DNA from: a virus
Lineage: Duplodnaviria > Caudoviricetes
IMG/VR virus record: IMGVR_UViG_2595698868_000001
Coordinates: 96,001-160,000 of that record
Direction: 5' to 3' (one strand)
Length of the DNA stretch: 64,000 bases
The position numbers and the translations under genes are program-made. Below the pieces are notes generated by a model. The model ran no database searches. It was not told the origin of the DNA and saw only the letters and a program-made list of their open reading frames with translations. Below, one piece after another: positions 63,914 to 64,000 of this stretch (positions are counted from its first letter, which is position 1; each line of letters opens with the position of its first letter).

Positions 63914-64000
63914 TTAGAACGGGTCTTCGCCGGCAGCCTCGACGCGGGCGCTGGTCACCTTGGCGTCCTCGATCTCCAGCACGGCGCCATACGAGCGGCT
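63914..64000 (-). CDS. C-terminus of a gene extending beyond the window
   Basis: Open frame SRSYGAVLEIEDAK...EDPF*. Confidence 0.5.
   Translation of the reverse strand, partial: SRSYGAVLEIEDAKVTSARVEAAGEDPF

Overview
High-GC segment of a large dsDNA phage, most likely infecting an alphaproteobacterium. That host is inferred from a two-piece permuted tmRNA, CtrA-type TTAACCAT sites and a phiCbK-like gene set. From left to right it holds: the end of a modular tail-fibre gene; a six-gene glycan-modification cassette; an alphaCTD/class II aaRS-like fusion; a lysis cassette; a candidate structured ncRNA; a Ro60 (TROVE) gene preceded by eight tandem Y-RNA-like genes with differing tRNA-like cargo; an XRE regulator; nucleotide metabolism genes (dut, nrdB-Grx, intein-containing nrdA, thyX, dNMP kinase); replication genes (RecD-like helicase, exonucleases, T7-like Pol A, two DNA methyltransferases, A1-like phosphoesterase); a 2.4-kb non-coding RNA island (repeat-module sRNAs, atypical tRNAs, tmRNA, mini-tRNA); a SNF2 helicase; RNA-repair-type genes; rIIA/rIIB; a tyrosine recombinase; a primase-helicase-like gene; DNA ligase; and many small hypotheticals. 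The strongest novelty candidates are the Ro60/Y-RNA array and the ncRNA island. All protein calls come from motif recognition by eye and all RNA structures from manual base-pairing. No database searches were run.
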